Source: Amoebidium appalachense (lineage: Eukaryota; Protista; Ichthyosporea). From it: a stretch of 64,000 nucleotides of DNA. Location: the NCBI GenBank assembly GCA_963693365.1, contig CAVNZM010000003.1, positions 13,548,914-13,612,913 on the forward strand, given 5' to 3'. This document shows positions 11,936 through 27,753 of this stretch, one piece after another. Below the pieces are notes generated by a model. It was given only the letters and a program-made list of their open reading frames with translations, did no database searches and was not told where the DNA came from. Position 1 is the stretch's first letter; every line of letters begins with the position of its first letter. A program made the position numbers and the translations under genes.

Positions 11936-13105
11936 CTAGGCATTGTGCTTGCAGTCTTTGCGGGGGTGCCACAGTGTGTGCCAGAGCAGAGCGGGCACAC
12001 GTGGGAGAAGGGGCAGGGCTGCTTAGCGCAGGACCGACCGTTGTGGAAATTCCTGCAGTGTGTTGCGGGTAGATCCACGGGTCGGGCCGGTGGTGCCGGG
12101 CCGGGTTGCGGGTCGGGTCGGTTGGGGGTTTGTCCCCCGCCGGGCTTGTGGGGGGGCTCGAAACCATCAAGACCACAGCCGGGCTTGGGGTACATGGGGC
12201 AGGCCGCGCTGGGGTGGTCGGGGGAAGCCGCAACGCTGACATGCGTCCGGGATGAGCAGAGTGGGTGGCAGGAGGAGATCCTGGTGGAGTTGGGCGAGCA
12301 GGTTGGGACACTCGATCGGAGCCCGACCCTGTTGGTGGGCAACGGTTCGGGCGTATACGTCATAGTTGTGGATCTGGGCCCACGGGTATCGGGTGCTGAG
12401 GCGAGTGATGTGCTGAGTCCAAAGTACTTCTTTGTCCGTGGGGAGGCCGAGGTGGTGCTTGGCGGCCATGTAATGGGTCCAAGCTTGGATCCAAATGACG
12501 AGTGAACGCAAGGGAACGGGTTAGTCTTGGCGAAAAGTCTCGATGCTGCCGTCGTCGGCCATGCGCAGATGCTGACCTTTCTTGGATGGGGCCAGGAGGG
12601 CGGCGGGGGTGAACTTATACAGATCGATGAAACGATTGGCGCGCAAATCTGCCAGCACATCCGCGGGGGGAAGCGGGAGTGTGCCCGGCTGAATGTCGCC
12701 AGTGTTCTCACCTGTAATGGGGGGCACGGGCAGGGCAGGTAGATCCAGGTCAGGGCCGAGATGCAGCCCCAGGGAAACCTCCCCGGGTGCGGAGGGCGCG
12801 GCGGGGGGCGCGGGAGGGTCGCGGTTGGTGAGAGCGGCCAGGACGCCAGCCATCTGGGTGCTGAGGGCGGTGAGGGCGGCAAGGACGGCGTCCTGAGAAG
12901 TCATCGGCGGGGACGGTGGGGCCTGAGGAGGGACTTCAGGAGTAGAGGGGAGAGTAGCCGGAGGGTCCGTGGTGGTATGGGCCGCTGGAGGCGCGTCAGT
13001 GCCCGCGGGAGCGTTGGTCAGCCTGTGGCGGAGGTCGCTGCGGGTCAGGCGCTTAGGTGCCGCGGTAGGGGCGGCGGCTGAGGCCTGGCGCTTTTTCGGC
13101 GGCAT
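11936..13105 (-). pseudogene. Ngaro gag-like ORF1, disrupted
   Basis: Homologous to 51931-53091; AAA>TAA stop at ~12521 plus a homopolymer frameshift. Confidence 0.85.
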
Positions 13106-13894
13106 GCTGACCGGCGTAGGGAAAGATAGGGAGAAGAAAAGAAAAAGAAAATATAGCTGTAAAGCTGTAGGTGCTAAACACAGAGGATGTGTTGTTGCTT
13201 GCTGATCTGCTAAAGACTGTCGTGCTTATATACCTAAGGCTGCCGAACTGAGCCAATCAAAACCGATCTAGTGTTATGTGAAATCTTATCCTGAGCCAAT
13301 CAAACTCGGTCTAGTGATCTGTGGAATCTGATGTTTTGATCGGCTAATAGGTGCCCGTATGCGGGCAGCCGAACGCGAACTGCTAAAACATGAAACGAAG
13401 CCTGTTGATATCGGACACCCATCCTACGTGTTTACCCAGAAAAATATTTATGTCAATAATTTCCACAAATAAAACCTCTGCTCCAACTTTTGTTTCTAGA
13501 AAACATTTCTAAAGCAGGAAAAAGTTATCTGTACATGCATTTTTAATACACATTTCAAATATATAAATCCATTTTGTATATTTAATATATGATAAAAAAA
13601 TGACACCTGTAATAATTTCGTGCTTATACTGCTTATCCCAGATTTAGTTTAATGTTCTTCGCCAAAGTTTTTGTTTCCCCCGAGTCATCATTATGGTATG
13701 TGATGCGCGGCAGAATTCAAAAGGGGGGTAGGTGAGCTGTGATGAGTTGTCGGCACCAAGGCCAACAGTACCGACAAGATATACATGTAATGAAATAGGC
13801 GTTACACTTACATCATACAAATTTTTTTAAGTGGAGATATAACGAATCAAAATTTAATAGACACCATATGTGGAGATATAATTTTTTTATTTTA

Positions 13895-13942
<48 letters not shown>

Positions 13943-14268
13943 TTTTTGGGGGGGGGGTTTTCGTGTTTAAGTACACCTTCAATTCAAAAGTCCAGGACGG
14001 ACGGAGAGGGTGGCATGCACAGCACTGCGTACGAATTGTGTGCCAGTTTACCTACATGTATGTCACAAAATTAAAGTGTGCACGCATAGCGAATGATCAC
14101 ATGCATGGTGTGCAGGACCCGTACCATTCTTTTCTGTACGTAACCATGTATACACGAATGCACGTATGTACGCATACCGCGGCCGCCTACGTGGCACACC
14201 GCGGCAGGGATCGCGATCAAGTGCTGTTATTACCCAACATGAGAGCGCTGTTCGCGTCTAAATGCGTA

Positions 14269-14354
14269 CAGGGTGGTGGTTCACTTTTAAGATAACGGGT
14301 AAAATCCAGACGCGTCCTACGTTATCTTTTTGCTTTATCGTCCTCGAAGAGCAG

Positions 14355-14418
<64 letters not shown>

Positions 14419-14754
14419 CGCCCCGCCCGGGGCGGTGCGTGCGTGCGTCACGGTATTGGTGTGCATATATCAGCGTGTGTGCGTGTGTGCATGTGTAACA
14501 AGTAAACTTCAAGAGTCGTGCACAGTGCGCACTGGCATGTGTGGATGTGCAGGTGTGATCATGAGCGGGTGTGTGTGTGTGTGCGCATGCACATGTGTGC
14601 ACGTGTGCACACACGCAAGCACACGTGTACATGCACGCATGCACGCACACAGACACACACCCACACACACACACACACAAGCCGTGACACAAACACACAC
14701 ACACCGGCACACACACACACACACAAAAGCCGTGACACAAACACACACACACCG

Positions 14755-14794
<40 letters not shown>

Positions 14795-14890
14795 ACACGC
14801 GCACACAAACACACACATGATGCATGCACACACACACACACGCACACACAGGCCTCACCGTGACACACACACACACACACACAGTGACGT

Positions 14891-14933
<43 letters not shown>

Positions 14934-14989
14934 CACACACATACACACACACACTGCACACACACACATGTACACAAACATACACACAT

Positions 14990-15044
<55 letters not shown>

Positions 15045-15359
15045 CACAGTAAATCAGTAAAGTTCAAAAGTCGTGTGCGCACTGGCATGTGTGGATGTGC
15101 AGGTGTGAGCGGGTGTGTGTGTGTGCGCGCATGCACATGTGTGCACATGTGCGCACACACGAAAGCACACATGTACATGCACGCATGCTCGCACACAGAC
15201 ACACACCCACACACACACACACAAAAGCCGTGACACAAACACACACACACCGGCACACACACACACACACACAGTGTCACACATACACACACACACACAA
15301 ACACACATGTACACATGATGCATGCACACACACACACACGCACACACAGGCCTCACCGT

Positions 15360-15393
<34 letters not shown>

Positions 15394-15398
15394 GACGT

Positions 15399-15446
<48 letters not shown>

Positions 15447-15455
15447 CATTTTACA

Positions 15456-15536
<81 letters not shown>

Positions 15537-15723
15537 ACAGGCACACACACACATGTACACACACATACACACACACACACACACACACTGTGCACACACA
15601 CACATGTACACAAACATACACACATGTACACACACACACACACACGCACACACACACGCGCACACACACACACACACGCACACACACACACACACGCACA
15701 CACACACGCACACACGCACACAC

Positions 15724-15754
<31 letters not shown>

Positions 15755-15786
15755 GTCACAGTAAGTCAGAGGGGGGTCGGGGAGTC

Positions 15787-15831
<45 letters not shown>

Positions 15832-15988
15832 AGGGAAAGACAAGACCCCTTCCCCCCCCCCCCCCCCCCCCCCTCTCCGTTATCTTACTCTACCTTCGGC
15901 TTGGGCGGGGTTCTTCAAAATAAAAAAATCGCTAGCCATTTTATCTTATTAATGGTAGGTTATCTTGACCTGACACGAACCACCCCTG
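14269..15988. mobile_element. Probable non-autonomous Tc1/mariner-like element filled with (CA)n and a ~550-bp tandem duplication
   Basis: TA|CAGGGTGGTGGTTC..AAGATAAC at left and GTTATCTT..GAACCACCCCTG|TA at right; internal units start near 14500 and 15056. Confidence 0.55.
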
Positions 15989-18175
15989 TACACTTACGTG
16001 TTCGGGGTGCAAGCACCGCAGCAGGAACATATATGTACACAACACGCGACGACGACCAGGCTATGTCACTACATGTATGATATTTGCCTAATAACGCACG
16101 GGACCATGCGTGAGCAGCTGCCCGGCACGTGTACATGTACGTGTATTTGTACACATGTGTGTTCGCACGCCTGCAAAACATACATGTGCGCGCGTAAATA
16201 CGCGTTCAACTTGCTTCTTTTCTGCACCTCTGTTCTATACCATCGTACCGGAGGAAAACCTCGAGCTTCGAGCCTACTGTACGCACATGATGCTTGCTGC
16301 ATGGATGCACATTAATTATTATAAATGTGAACATTGTGTGTACATGTGCATACGCGCGTGATATGCGGCAGGCATACGCGCGTACATGTACAATGCATGT
16401 TTTACAAACGTTACGCAAATTTGGGTTCACTTCACTCAGTGCCTACGTCCATACATGCATGCGTGTTTACGACTGTTATTTGTAAACACAATACATAATA
16501 TGGCTGATATAATACCACCTGCCCGCACGCGCATGCATATGCATATGGTTGCACTTGGCAGAAGGCATGATCGAACATGTACTGAGTCGTACTCGGCCCA
16601 CTGCGGATACGTAGGGCTACCTTTCACCGTAAGCCACGGTGCGCGTTAAATTATGGTGCTCGCGATGCATATGCATGGCCCAGAAATATTGAGCATAGCT
16701 GCAAGCTTGCCAAGAAGTAGATATTAGTCTATTGTTATGTGTAATGTATGGTGCACATAATTAACAGGGGGGGGGGACCGGTGCGGCCTTGGTCACAGCA
16801 ACCGAATGACCGTCAAAACAAAACGGGAATTACTATTTGAGAAAACGAATTTCGTCTGCAACTTCGAGTTCAAACCCCTATATACGCATAATCCCGTCGG
16901 GTAACTTTCATGGGTACACTCCTGCATTCCAATAATGACTCCCCGACTTTACACTACCAATGATTTGTTGACGAAGCACAACACAAGCGTACCAATCAAA
17001 CGCTTTGCATAGCGATAAACCAATCATCTTCTTTCGGCATCTTTATGCTGAATAGGGGCCAACTAAAATGCCGTGCAACTTAGCGATTGGATTGGCGAAA
17101 ATTGTTAATGGGCATATGCGCGAGGCCCCTGGAATGTTGGAGCACTTTCAATCTGTTCTATGTTTCCAACATACACTGTGGTACAACATAAATAATAATA
17201 AGTCGTCATTTAGCTTATTATAAACTGCTTTCTGGGTAATGAAAAGCTTTTCTTGCACCGAGTGTGCCAAAGTTTCCAGTCTCGCCAAGGTCCCCTACCT
17301 GAGACTGGTTCTCTTTGCCTCGAGTAAACAGCGTAAACCCCCCAGGTCCATATATGATGCATTCGATAACTCATCATTTCGATTTGACACCATATGCCGC
17401 AGCGTCCGCAGCATGCGCGTATAAGTAATCATGCAGATATATTAAAAAGTTACTTATAATGTTAGTGACCATATACACAAGTAAGGCTGTCAGATTTCAT
17501 ATTGATAAGCTAGGTCTCCGGGGTCACTATTCTTTCCAAGCCAGCAACAGGGTAGTACGCTATAGTTAACAACACATGAATGCAAGGCTTCTAGTAAGCC
17601 GCAAACATAAATGTACAGTAACAAAGTTTCCACTAGTACCCCAACGTACGGAGCGGATTATTGCCATTTTCCTGTTTTTCATGTTCATGCTGTACGCTTG
17701 GACGTTTCCGTATCACCATAAAAAGGAATATTACCAGAACACTACGGGGTTCGCAGCATATGTAAGGCCTACACTGTCCTGGAAATAGATCTAGAGGCAG
17801 AATGTTTCGTGTGCAAGTTTGTGAGTATGGTGGCTTTTGAAATTAGCCATCGGGTAACGGAGCTTCCGGATAGAACCGGTCTACATGAGCACCAGAAACG
17901 CTGCCAGGTAAGTAGCAAAAATGCTTCTTCTCCAGATTCCTACCGATCGCCCTTTTTTCATGAATTTGTTCTTTCGTTATCTGTGGTGATCCTCTCGCAG
18001 ACGACAGTTGTGAGCTCTGATCTCCCGGCAGGCTTAACTTTCCCTACCCCTTCACTCCCGCTGTTCTCATTCCACAGAATCGTTGAGGCGAATAAGAACT
18101 GCTTTTTTTCTTTTGAGTTGCATACACACAAGCTTTCAAAACTGGTGTGTGGTAGGACACATCCGTGTGTGTAGT

Positions 18176-18315
<140 letters not shown>

Positions 18316-18652
18316 CGCGCGTGCGTGGATGCGTGTGCTTTTGTGTGTGTAGGCCGGTGCCCTAGTGTGTGCGGGCCTGTGCGCATCTGTTTGTGGTCCT
18401 GTGTGTTCGTGAGAGCGTGTGTGCCCTTGTGCATGCAAGTGCCTGGTTTGTGTGTGTTTTCACCGGTAATATTGCTGCATGCTGTCTAACAATTGATTCT
18501 GCAGAGAGGATCGACGAAGATGTTGCAGTTGGCATACACGAGGGCTAGCAATGGTAACACCCCCCTTCCCCCCCCCCCCCCCCCCCCCCCGGCCCGCACA
18601 CACATACACACGCACAAGCACCTGCACCTGCACCTGCACACGCACCTGCACT

Positions 18653-18725
<73 letters not shown>

Positions 18726-19776
18726 CACACATCACACATCAGACACACAAGCGATACCCCTGCGGACAGTCCGTCGTTGTCTGTCTTGCACAGATAACTT
18801 CGGGTGCGCTCTTAAAACAGGTTCACGTCCATGGACTTGCACACACACGCGCACAGGCGTGAGCGTAAGCGCATCATTGTTTTTTAGTTGCATATGGTCC
18901 TCCCGTTTCCTCTCCTTCCTGTACAACCCATCTTTTTCTCCTTCTACCATACCCCTCCCCATCCCACACTACCTCCCTCATCCTCCCTCCCCCATCCCAC
19001 ATCCACCTGCTTTCCTGCGATACCCTTTCTCCTTCTGGAAAATGTGGCTCCCTCGCTTATCTCTTTTCTTTTATCCACGCTAGACCCCCTTTTCCCTCCC
19101 CTCCCCCCCCCCCCCCCCCCCCACGGGGTACCCCCGGGGCACTCCCTTTACCTATATCTGTTATTCTCCTTCTCAAATCCTTTTTTTCATCTTGCAGCCA
19201 CTGGCTTCCTCAATATGCTGTGTTCCCCGGGCAGTGAAGATGGTCGGGGGTCATGGTTGAAACAAGTAAGGTGAGTCTTTGCATATATTTCCTTTCCTCA
19301 GGCCCTGCTTTCTCTCTTTTTCCTTCGACCCCCCCCCCCCCCCCCCCCCCACCCCCCCCCTCCCCCCACCCCACCCACCCCACCCACCCACTCTGCACGG
19401 ATGCTTTCGACTTTCCCCTTTCCCCATACTCTCTCTGCCCCTCCTCTCACCCCTTTATGCTTCTTTCCCTCATATCCTGCATCTCTTCTGCAAATCCTCC
19501 TCTCCTCTCTCTTCCCTCCATCTGCCATACCCCCACCAGTCTCTCATTTTCACCTTTTTTGCGGTTATCCTCACTTTCAAGCTCTCACCCCTCCATCTCC
19601 CTCTCCTCTTTCTTCCCCTCTTCCCCTTTTCCCCTCTCACCCCTTCCCCATCTCTTCCCGTGCCTGCCTCTCTCCCTCCCCCCCCCCCCCCCTCCCCCCC
19701 TGCCCCCCTCCCCCTCTCTCTCACCACACACACACACACACACACACACCCTCCCCCCCCTCCCCCTCTCTCTCAC

Positions 19777-19807
<31 letters not shown>

Positions 19808-20112
19808 GCACCCCCGCCCCCCCCCCCCCTCTCCCTCACACCTCCCCTGCCTGACGTATAGCCTCCCTGCCCTCTCCCGTTCTCACCCCATCGTGTTTCC
19901 CTTGTTCCTTCTTATCAGTATGTGCCCCATCCCGCCATCCCCCCCCCCCCCCCCCGTTTCTCAACTTCTTCGCCTCTTAAATCTTTCCTTTCCCCCACCC
20001 CCTTTCAGGAGGGGGGTGGAGGAGGGGCAGAGGGGTGTGTGTGTTGGGGGGGGGGGGGGGAAGAGAGAGAGAAAGAGAGAGATGAGGCTCGGAAAGAGAA
20101 AGAGAGAGAGAT

Positions 20113-20145
<33 letters not shown>

Positions 20146-20203
20146 GCACGCACGAACACACACACACACGCACACGCACGCACGCACGCACACACGCACA
20201 AAC

Positions 20204-20267
<64 letters not shown>

Positions 20268-20957
20268 AGGGAGATGGAGGGAGAGAGAGAGACTCGAGGG
20301 GAGGGGAGGGGGGGAAAGAGGGGATAAGGGGGGCACTAGGGGGGTGGGAGGGAGGGAGGGAGAGGGGGGGGGAGAGAGAGAGAGAGAGAGAGAGAGAGGG
20401 ATACAGAGGGATACAGAGGGTCGGGATAAGGGAGAGAGAGAGCCTGGGGGGGGGGGGGGGGGGGGGGGACTGTGATACCCCCCCCCCCCCCCAATTTGTT
20501 CAATGGTTCTCATACCACCACTGTGTACTGTGTAATCCATCCTACCCCCCTCCCCCCTTTCCCTCCTTTCGAAGACGTATACTCGGTACTCATCGTGGCC
20601 TGTCTTTTACCACTGCAGCTACCCGCAACCTTAAGAACGGCACTTCAGCAGACGAAGTTCGAGCTGTGCCCATGGATCTATAAATGAGGTACATTTTTGC
20701 TTCTGCACTCTCTAGACTTTCTTTTCGTTTTCTTCTTTTGTATTGGACCCCCCCCCCCACCCCCACCACCCCGACCCCCAAAACAGAAACGCACAGACAC
20801 GCACACATGCACGCAAGCACACACGCGCGGAGGCTGGCACACAGTGCAGACACAGAGGGACACAAACACGCCAACAAGCACGCACGTGCACCCCCACACA
20901 CACACCTACACACGCACACACATGCACACACACGCACATGCACACACACACACACAT

Positions 20958-21022
<65 letters not shown>

Positions 21023-21084
21023 CACACGCAGGCACGCAGGCACGTGCACGCACGCGCACTGCCACATGCACTGTCACGCGCACG

Positions 21085-21168
<84 letters not shown>

Positions 21169-21452
21169 TTTTGTGCATCCCCCCCCCCCCCCCCCCCTTC
21201 CCCCTTTAAAAAAAAGGCCTCTTACCATCGCTTGATGGCTGGTTTGTGCCGGTGTGTGTGGGTGTGGGTGTGGGTGGGTGGGTGCCACGGGTGGGTGTGG
21301 GTGTGGGTGTGGGTGTGGGTGGGTAGTTGGGGGGTGGGTGGGGGTAAAAGGATGGGTTTGTGGGTGGGTGGGTCGTTGGGTGATTGGGTTGGTTGGTGGC
21401 TGGCTGGCTGGGTGCACACACATACACACACACACACACACAAACGTTTTGT

Positions 21453-21489
<37 letters not shown>

Positions 21490-21742
21490 TTCCCCCCTTA
21501 AAAAAAAAAGGCCTCTTACCATCCCTTGATGGCCGGTTTGTGCCGGTGTGTGTGTGTTGGTGTGTGGTTGGGTGGGTGGGTGCGGTTGGATGTTGGTGGG
21601 TGGGTGCCACGGGTGGCTGTGGTTGTCGTTGTGGGTGTGGGTGTGCAGGTGGGTGGGTAGTTGGGGGGTGGATGGGGGCGGAAGGATGGGTTTGTGTGTG
21701 GGTGGGTGATTGGGTGATTGGGTTGGCTGGCTGGCTGGCTGC

Positions 21743-21795
<53 letters not shown>

Positions 21796-21816
21796 TGTGC
21801 GTGTGTGCGTGTGTGT

Positions 21817-21860
<44 letters not shown>

Positions 21861-22246
21861 TGTAGTATGTTAGCCAGGGAAGTATCGACTTAGGTATCGA
21901 CGGGGGAGCTTCCTAGAAGCCCCGTCTCCTGAGTTCCTATCTATATTTTTCTTGCTTCTGCTTACTGCTGCAACTTTAACCCCCGGCCTTTCCCACTGCC
22001 CTTGCCTGCATAAGCAACCCTGCTCGTCTCTGATCAAGACGGGTGACCTACTCATGTTCAAGTGAAACAGTATCTGAGTTGGGTTTCGTTAACGAGGGGA
22101 ATAGGTCGAAACTCGGGTACTGTGGATGACGTGGGCCCCCCCTGAGGATGGGCTCTGCTTATTATGCATACTCTTTATGTATGGCTTGCATTCTGCATCG
22201 TGTTATCCGTTTGTTCTTGTGTACTTCGTACTTTTTGACGCATTCA

Positions 22247-22298
<52 letters not shown>

Positions 22299-22424
22299 AC
22301 ACACACCTCCCTCTACCCCCATCCCCACCCCCACACCCCCACCCCACCAAAACAAAACAAAACAAAACAAACGGGAAAAAAACACCTTTTCTTCCTGGAG
22401 CCCTTACTTATACTTGATGGCAAA

Positions 22425-22457
<33 letters not shown>

Positions 22458-22966
22458 ATATTGCTGCTTTGCCCCGACGACCTGCCCTCTTCATCCCCAA
22501 TAAGGCGTCCACATCAGGCTATCATCTATCATCCCCCTACACATGATACAATACCCACCCAATCATTGCATTCTTTCTTTGAAACCACTACCCCATTCCG
22601 TGCCACCTGTCCCCCCATCATACAATTCTCAAGTGTAACCCCCCCCCCCCCCCCCCAAAAAAAAAAAAAAAAAAAAACAAACACACACACACACACACAC
22701 ACACCATGGCCTCCCCTCCTCCTTCTCAGACTCCTGCTTGCTTGCCCTCCTCTTATGTACATTTACACCTCAATATGCTCCCCTACCACATTCAAACACA
22801 CACACACTGCACATGCCCTCGGACACACTATGTGTGCATGTGCACACGTCCCCCCGCCCTCCCTCCCCTCCCTCCAACACATACACACCAAATAAAAAAA
22901 GGAAATATTTTGTGATCTATGCATGCACACAGCACTCTACACGTCAAAATTCACACGTTCAACAAG

Positions 22967-23043
<77 letters not shown>

Positions 23044-23051
23044 CACACACA

Positions 23052-23114
<63 letters not shown>

Positions 23115-23313
23115 CACGCACAACACGCACAACACACACAACACACACACAACACACACCACGCACACCACACACAACACACACACAACACACACCACGC
23201 ACACCACACATGCACACAGCCCCGGCCCACCACCTCTTCACACACACACACACACACACACACACGGTCCTCCTCATCCTGTTGTTTACTCCGTGCTTCT
23301 TGCCCACAAGCCA

Positions 23314-23454
<141 letters not shown>

Positions 23455-23633
23455 CCATCCCCCCTCCCTCATTATGGCACACCGTACGGCAACAGCCCCC
23501 TCCTCATCCGCTTTACTCTGTCCCCCTTCCTCACCACCCATAGTCTGTGGTCTCTTTTTATTACAGCAGGACTTCCCTTTCCCCTCCTGTGCATCACGTG
23601 AAACCACTGCACCCACACAGCCTCACGTTTAAG

Positions 23634-23796
23634 ATGACGTCAGAATCACGTCATGTTCTAGTTTCAACTAGAAATCCTAACCTCCAGACAACAGTGACGA
23701 CATTTCTAGTTACAACTAGAAAAATCAGCGCTCAATTCATCTCACTTGTAAGCCCTCAGCTTTCAAGTCATTCCACTTTCTAGTCGTCACTAGAAA
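23634..23796. repeat. Inverted counterpart of the TTCTAGT-N4-ACTAGAA palindrome array
   Basis: Two TGACGT-type motifs then three palindromes; mirror image of 6187-6324. Confidence 0.72.
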
Positions 23797-23868
23797 TGTT
23801 AGCACCGATGTCCATTCGAGCGTGAGCCCGGCCCATTGTCTAATTACTCTCCTCCTTTCCCTCCACAG

Positions 23869-24007
23869 AAACCCGTGAACGTGGAACGGGCACTTGTTCG
23901 CAGGCACTGCCCACCGAACAGGGAAGTGTTGTCACTCTGCTCGGGAACTGACACGGTGATTGAAGCAGCAGCCATGGAACGTCGTGACGTTGTAGGGTTT
24001 GAAAGCT
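23869..24007 (+). CDS. Exon encoding the C-terminal SAM-binding part (motifs X-I-II) of an N6_N4_Mtase-like domain
   Basis: Follows CTAAT, a polypyrimidine tract and CAG; aligns by eye with the consensus QKPxxLxxxLIxxxSxPGDxVLDPFxGSGTTxxAAxxxGRxxIGxE. Confidence 0.72.
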
Positions 24008-25247
24008 GCTTTGTACTCCCTAAGTTTCACTCCTGTGTTGATCTTTTTTGAATTGTATTCTGTAATGATGTAGGCCGTCAAGATTCTGAGCAGCAGACAA
24101 GACATATACGTGTACATAGTTCTGTGATGTAAGTGTAAAGACCCTGGTGGCATCTTCATTGTAAATAGTAGTATATTTTGTTATGACAGAGGAAGACTTT
24201 GCGTTCTGAAGATACTTGATATAGTGAGTAAAGATTATGCTGATAGCATCAGTTCGGTGACGTATGCCTACTGTGACAGAAGTTTTCAAAGCAAGCCGGA
24301 ATGTTTGTCATTCTGGCTTTTGTTTTTTAAACATAAGGCCGCACCTCAATGAGCCGAACGACCTCACAATAAAATTTATTCTACAACAATTCTGTCTCAA
24401 GTGACTGGCCCATTACACCATGCAAACACGAAAAACCGGGCATGTTTTAACAACACCAGCGGAGTCAAGATATATATCTTTAATAAAGATTTGGTTTAGT
24501 TCAAAAGCGAGAGGGTCTAAAGCCTGCACATTTCTAGTTTAAGATCTAGTTCTATTGATTAAAAAAGAAATAGATTTCCCCAAAATGTATGTGGAGAAAC
24601 CGACAAATTTTCACTAAAGGTCTCAAAACCCAGAAGTAGCTTGTAACCTCCTTCTTGTATATAACTGACAAACGATATGAACTTCGAGAACAACAGGAGT
24701 GGACTTATGACAAAGGAAACGAAGTTCTCCCCGGCAGATGACCTGGTCGTAAAGGAAATAATGACTCTATGTTACAACCTTTGTTGCAATGACAAAGTTG
24801 ACAGAGCGGCGCACGCAGTTTGACTACGGTAGCGTGCGCGAAACTTAGACTCCTTGCGTGCTTGCTCTTGGTCACGCACATTCACCTGCACTAATCGTTG
24901 CCGACTGGCACGTGTCAGTTCAAGCATCAAAGGATGTGTGCCTCGATCGCATTCCTGGGTGCGGCCCAAACCACTCAAGTGCTAGCCCGCAGGTGCGTGC
25001 GGTTCAGCCCAAAAATCCGAGGCTCACGATCCACGATTCCCCGCGGATCGGACCCGAAATATCGGTGCAGTGTAGGACCGCACGCCGCATGGGCAACATT
25101 CCTGCAGAAGCAAAACACATTCCACAAAAAATCGGTGAAAATCGTCCATCGGCCGGCCCTACCAGTTCAAAATGTAACCCGGTCGTCACTTGTAGGTACC
25201 TACTTTCCTATAGCGGGACTGGCAGTGAAGGGAGAGAGAGATACGGC

Positions 25248-25309
<62 letters not shown>

Positions 25310-26155
25310 GAGAGAAAAGAGAGAGAGAAAAGAGAAAAGGGAAAGAGCACAAAGAAGGAAAGCAGACACGAATACAAACAAAGCTAAGACACATACATAC
25401 TTCAAGGCTCTTGCTGTCATACGTGGTGACGTATTCCAACATCCCCACTCAAGGGGTTGAAGTTTGTGTTCTCGTGCCCTGTTGATGTGACGGTAGATGA
25501 GGTCCAAACACATGAGGGGCCGTCACACTCAAGTTTCCCCACTCGAGGATGCAAACCGAAGATCCTTGAGGTGGGAAGGAGAAAATCAAAACTGAAGAGG
25601 CACACAACGACGGTTGCCTCGGAAGACTCGGAACAATAAATCATGGTGGTTATCGTCGATATATATATAGAGAGGAAACACTAGTGTATGTGTGACGTGT
25701 TGGTGGCTAATGCTTTATACTGGGGACCACCCAGGTAAACACAAGGGATGAACATCTTGTGGACTGATTTATAGACTGGTAGGCAACCAGTTAAGACACG
25801 GGGAAGGTTCATCCCGTGGACTAGGTTTAGACTGGCAGTCAACCAGCTCGCCATGGCTATAGATAATTACTTATACTGGGTCGCCATCCCAGTTCGACAT
25901 ATATATAAGTCGAATATAGAAGAAAACCAATATATATGGTGGGATATGAATATAAATAAACGACGGATGATGGTGAATAATCCCCACTGAAGATGCACAC
26001 ACATGACGATGGAAGACAGAGTCCCCACTGATGAAGAGAAACGATGAGTAGTAGACTTTCGTTGGGAGGCATCTTGATCACTGTAGATGTGTCAACTGCT
26101 GTCCAGGGCCCCAACCTACTCAAAAACCACTCGATGATGAACACCAGTGCACGGG

Positions 26156-27753
26156 TCAGTCACGGAGACTGAGGTTGGCACGGTGTGTGTCGTGGGCCGG
26201 ACCAGCCAGAGGCTTGGTGAAGATGTCGGCCAGGTTCTTCTTGGTGTCAATGTAGGTGACAGTGACGTCCCCACTGTTGATGTAGTCCTTGGTGTTGAAG
26301 TAACGAACGGCAATGTGCTTGGTCCGGTGCTTGATGGTGTTGGAGTGGACCAGAGCAATGGTGGACTGATTGTCACAGTACACGGGGGTGGGCTCGGTCA
26401 TGGGGTAGCCCAGTTCCTTGAGTAGATCAGGTGCCAGGCAACATCTTGCACGGCAGCATTGAGGGCCAGGAGCTCGGCCTCACAGGTGGAAGTTGCAGTG
26501 ATCGTCTGCAGCTTGGAGTGGTAGGTGACGGGCGTGCCTTCGAGGAGGATGACGTACCCAGACGTGGAACGACGGGTGGTGGGGCAACCAGCAAAGTCAG
26601 AATCCGAGTAGCACTCAAGTATGGGTACCTTGCTGTTGGGGGCCTTCTTCTTGTAGTAGAGGCCGAGGTTGATGGTGCCGATCAGGTAACGAACGACACG
26701 GAGGAGAAGCTCCCAGGCAGTCGTGGTGGGCTTGGAGCTGAATCGGCCGAGGTAGCCAATGGCATACGAGATGTCAGGCCGGGAGCACCGAGCAACCCAC
26801 AGCAGACGGCCGAGGAGTTCACGGTAGGGGACGGTGGTGGGCAGGGAGGAAAGGGAGGTCTCGTTGATGATGACGGTGCCCACGGGAATGGGGGTGGCCT
26901 TGGGCTTGGCATCGACCAGGTTGAAGTCGGTGATGATGTCCTTGATGTAGGAGGACTGCAGCAGCTTGAGGGAGTCACGGGTGTACAGCAGTTGGGTGCC
27001 GAGGAAGATGTCTGGCAGACCGACCTTGCACTCGGCAGACTTCGTGATGTGAATAACAAGCTCCTGCATGATGGTGGAGTACCGTGTGCAGGTGATGATG
27101 GCATCATCAACGTAGTTGCCCGAACGGATGATGTCCCCGTTGGGGAACTGACGGAAGTAGACACACGGATCGGAACGGAGACGGGTGAGGCCGTGGGCAA
27201 CAAGTATGGAGTTGAAAAACTCGTACCATGCCAGGGAGGCCTGCTTGAGTCCGTAGAGGGCCTTCTTGAGTTTCCAGACTTTGTGTTCGTTGCCAGGGAG
27301 GATGAAACCAGAAGGTTGCTCCATGTACAAAGTCTCGTCGAGGGGGCTGTTGAGGAAGGCCGTGCTGATGTCGAGTTGATGGATCTCGTGGTCCTGTTGC
27401 ACACCGAGGGCAAGCAGGGCACGGACGGAGGAAGACATGACGACGGGGGAAGAGTTGTCACCGTAGTCAACACCGTAGACTTGGGTGAAACCCTTGGCCA
27501 CACCACGACCCTTGATCTTGGTGTCACCAGCAGAGTTGAGTAACTTCTCCGTGACAATCCAATTGAATTGGATGATGTTGGCATCGGAGGGGGGCTCAAC
27601 TACGTCGAAGATGTCCTTGTCGGTGAAAGCCTTGTACTCGGCAGTGAGGGCAGTCACCACTTCAAGTTCATCACCCTTGGTGCCGGAGCACAGCTTCTGA
27701 ATTGACCGGGGCAGCTGAGACACATCAAGGCTGGGTCGGGAGATGCTCACCAT
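26156..27753 (-). CDS. pol: Copia reverse transcriptase and RNase H (one frameshift near 26420)
   Basis: QLDISTAFLN, KKALYGLKQA, YVDD, YSDSDFAG, STCEAE, CDNQS, NLADIFTK. Confidence 0.92.

Larger units (their letters stand above)
9490..13476 (-). mobile_element. Ngaro copy 2, RT/RNase H-deleted non-autonomous type, nested in the TIR element
   Basis: B2, A2, B1, YR, ORF2 remnant, gag and A1 in inverted order; deletion junction CTCCTC|CGTAACC (element sense) near 11357. Confidence 0.93.

Noticed and set aside
25210-25232. CCCTTCACTGCC (minus strand) at the Copia LTR breakpoint as a piggyBac end
   Set aside because: No TTAA and no convincing partner TIR; only a 7-bp match near 4508.
25442-26155. 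Extra env-like ORF in the Copia 3' region
   Set aside because: Only short ORFs and a diverged ~55-bp duplication (25738-25848) are present.
26431-27599. 370-aa antisense and 305-aa alternate-frame ORFs over the Copia RT, and similar shadows over Ngaro genes
   Set aside because: Expected from GC-rich codon bias; no motifs recognised.
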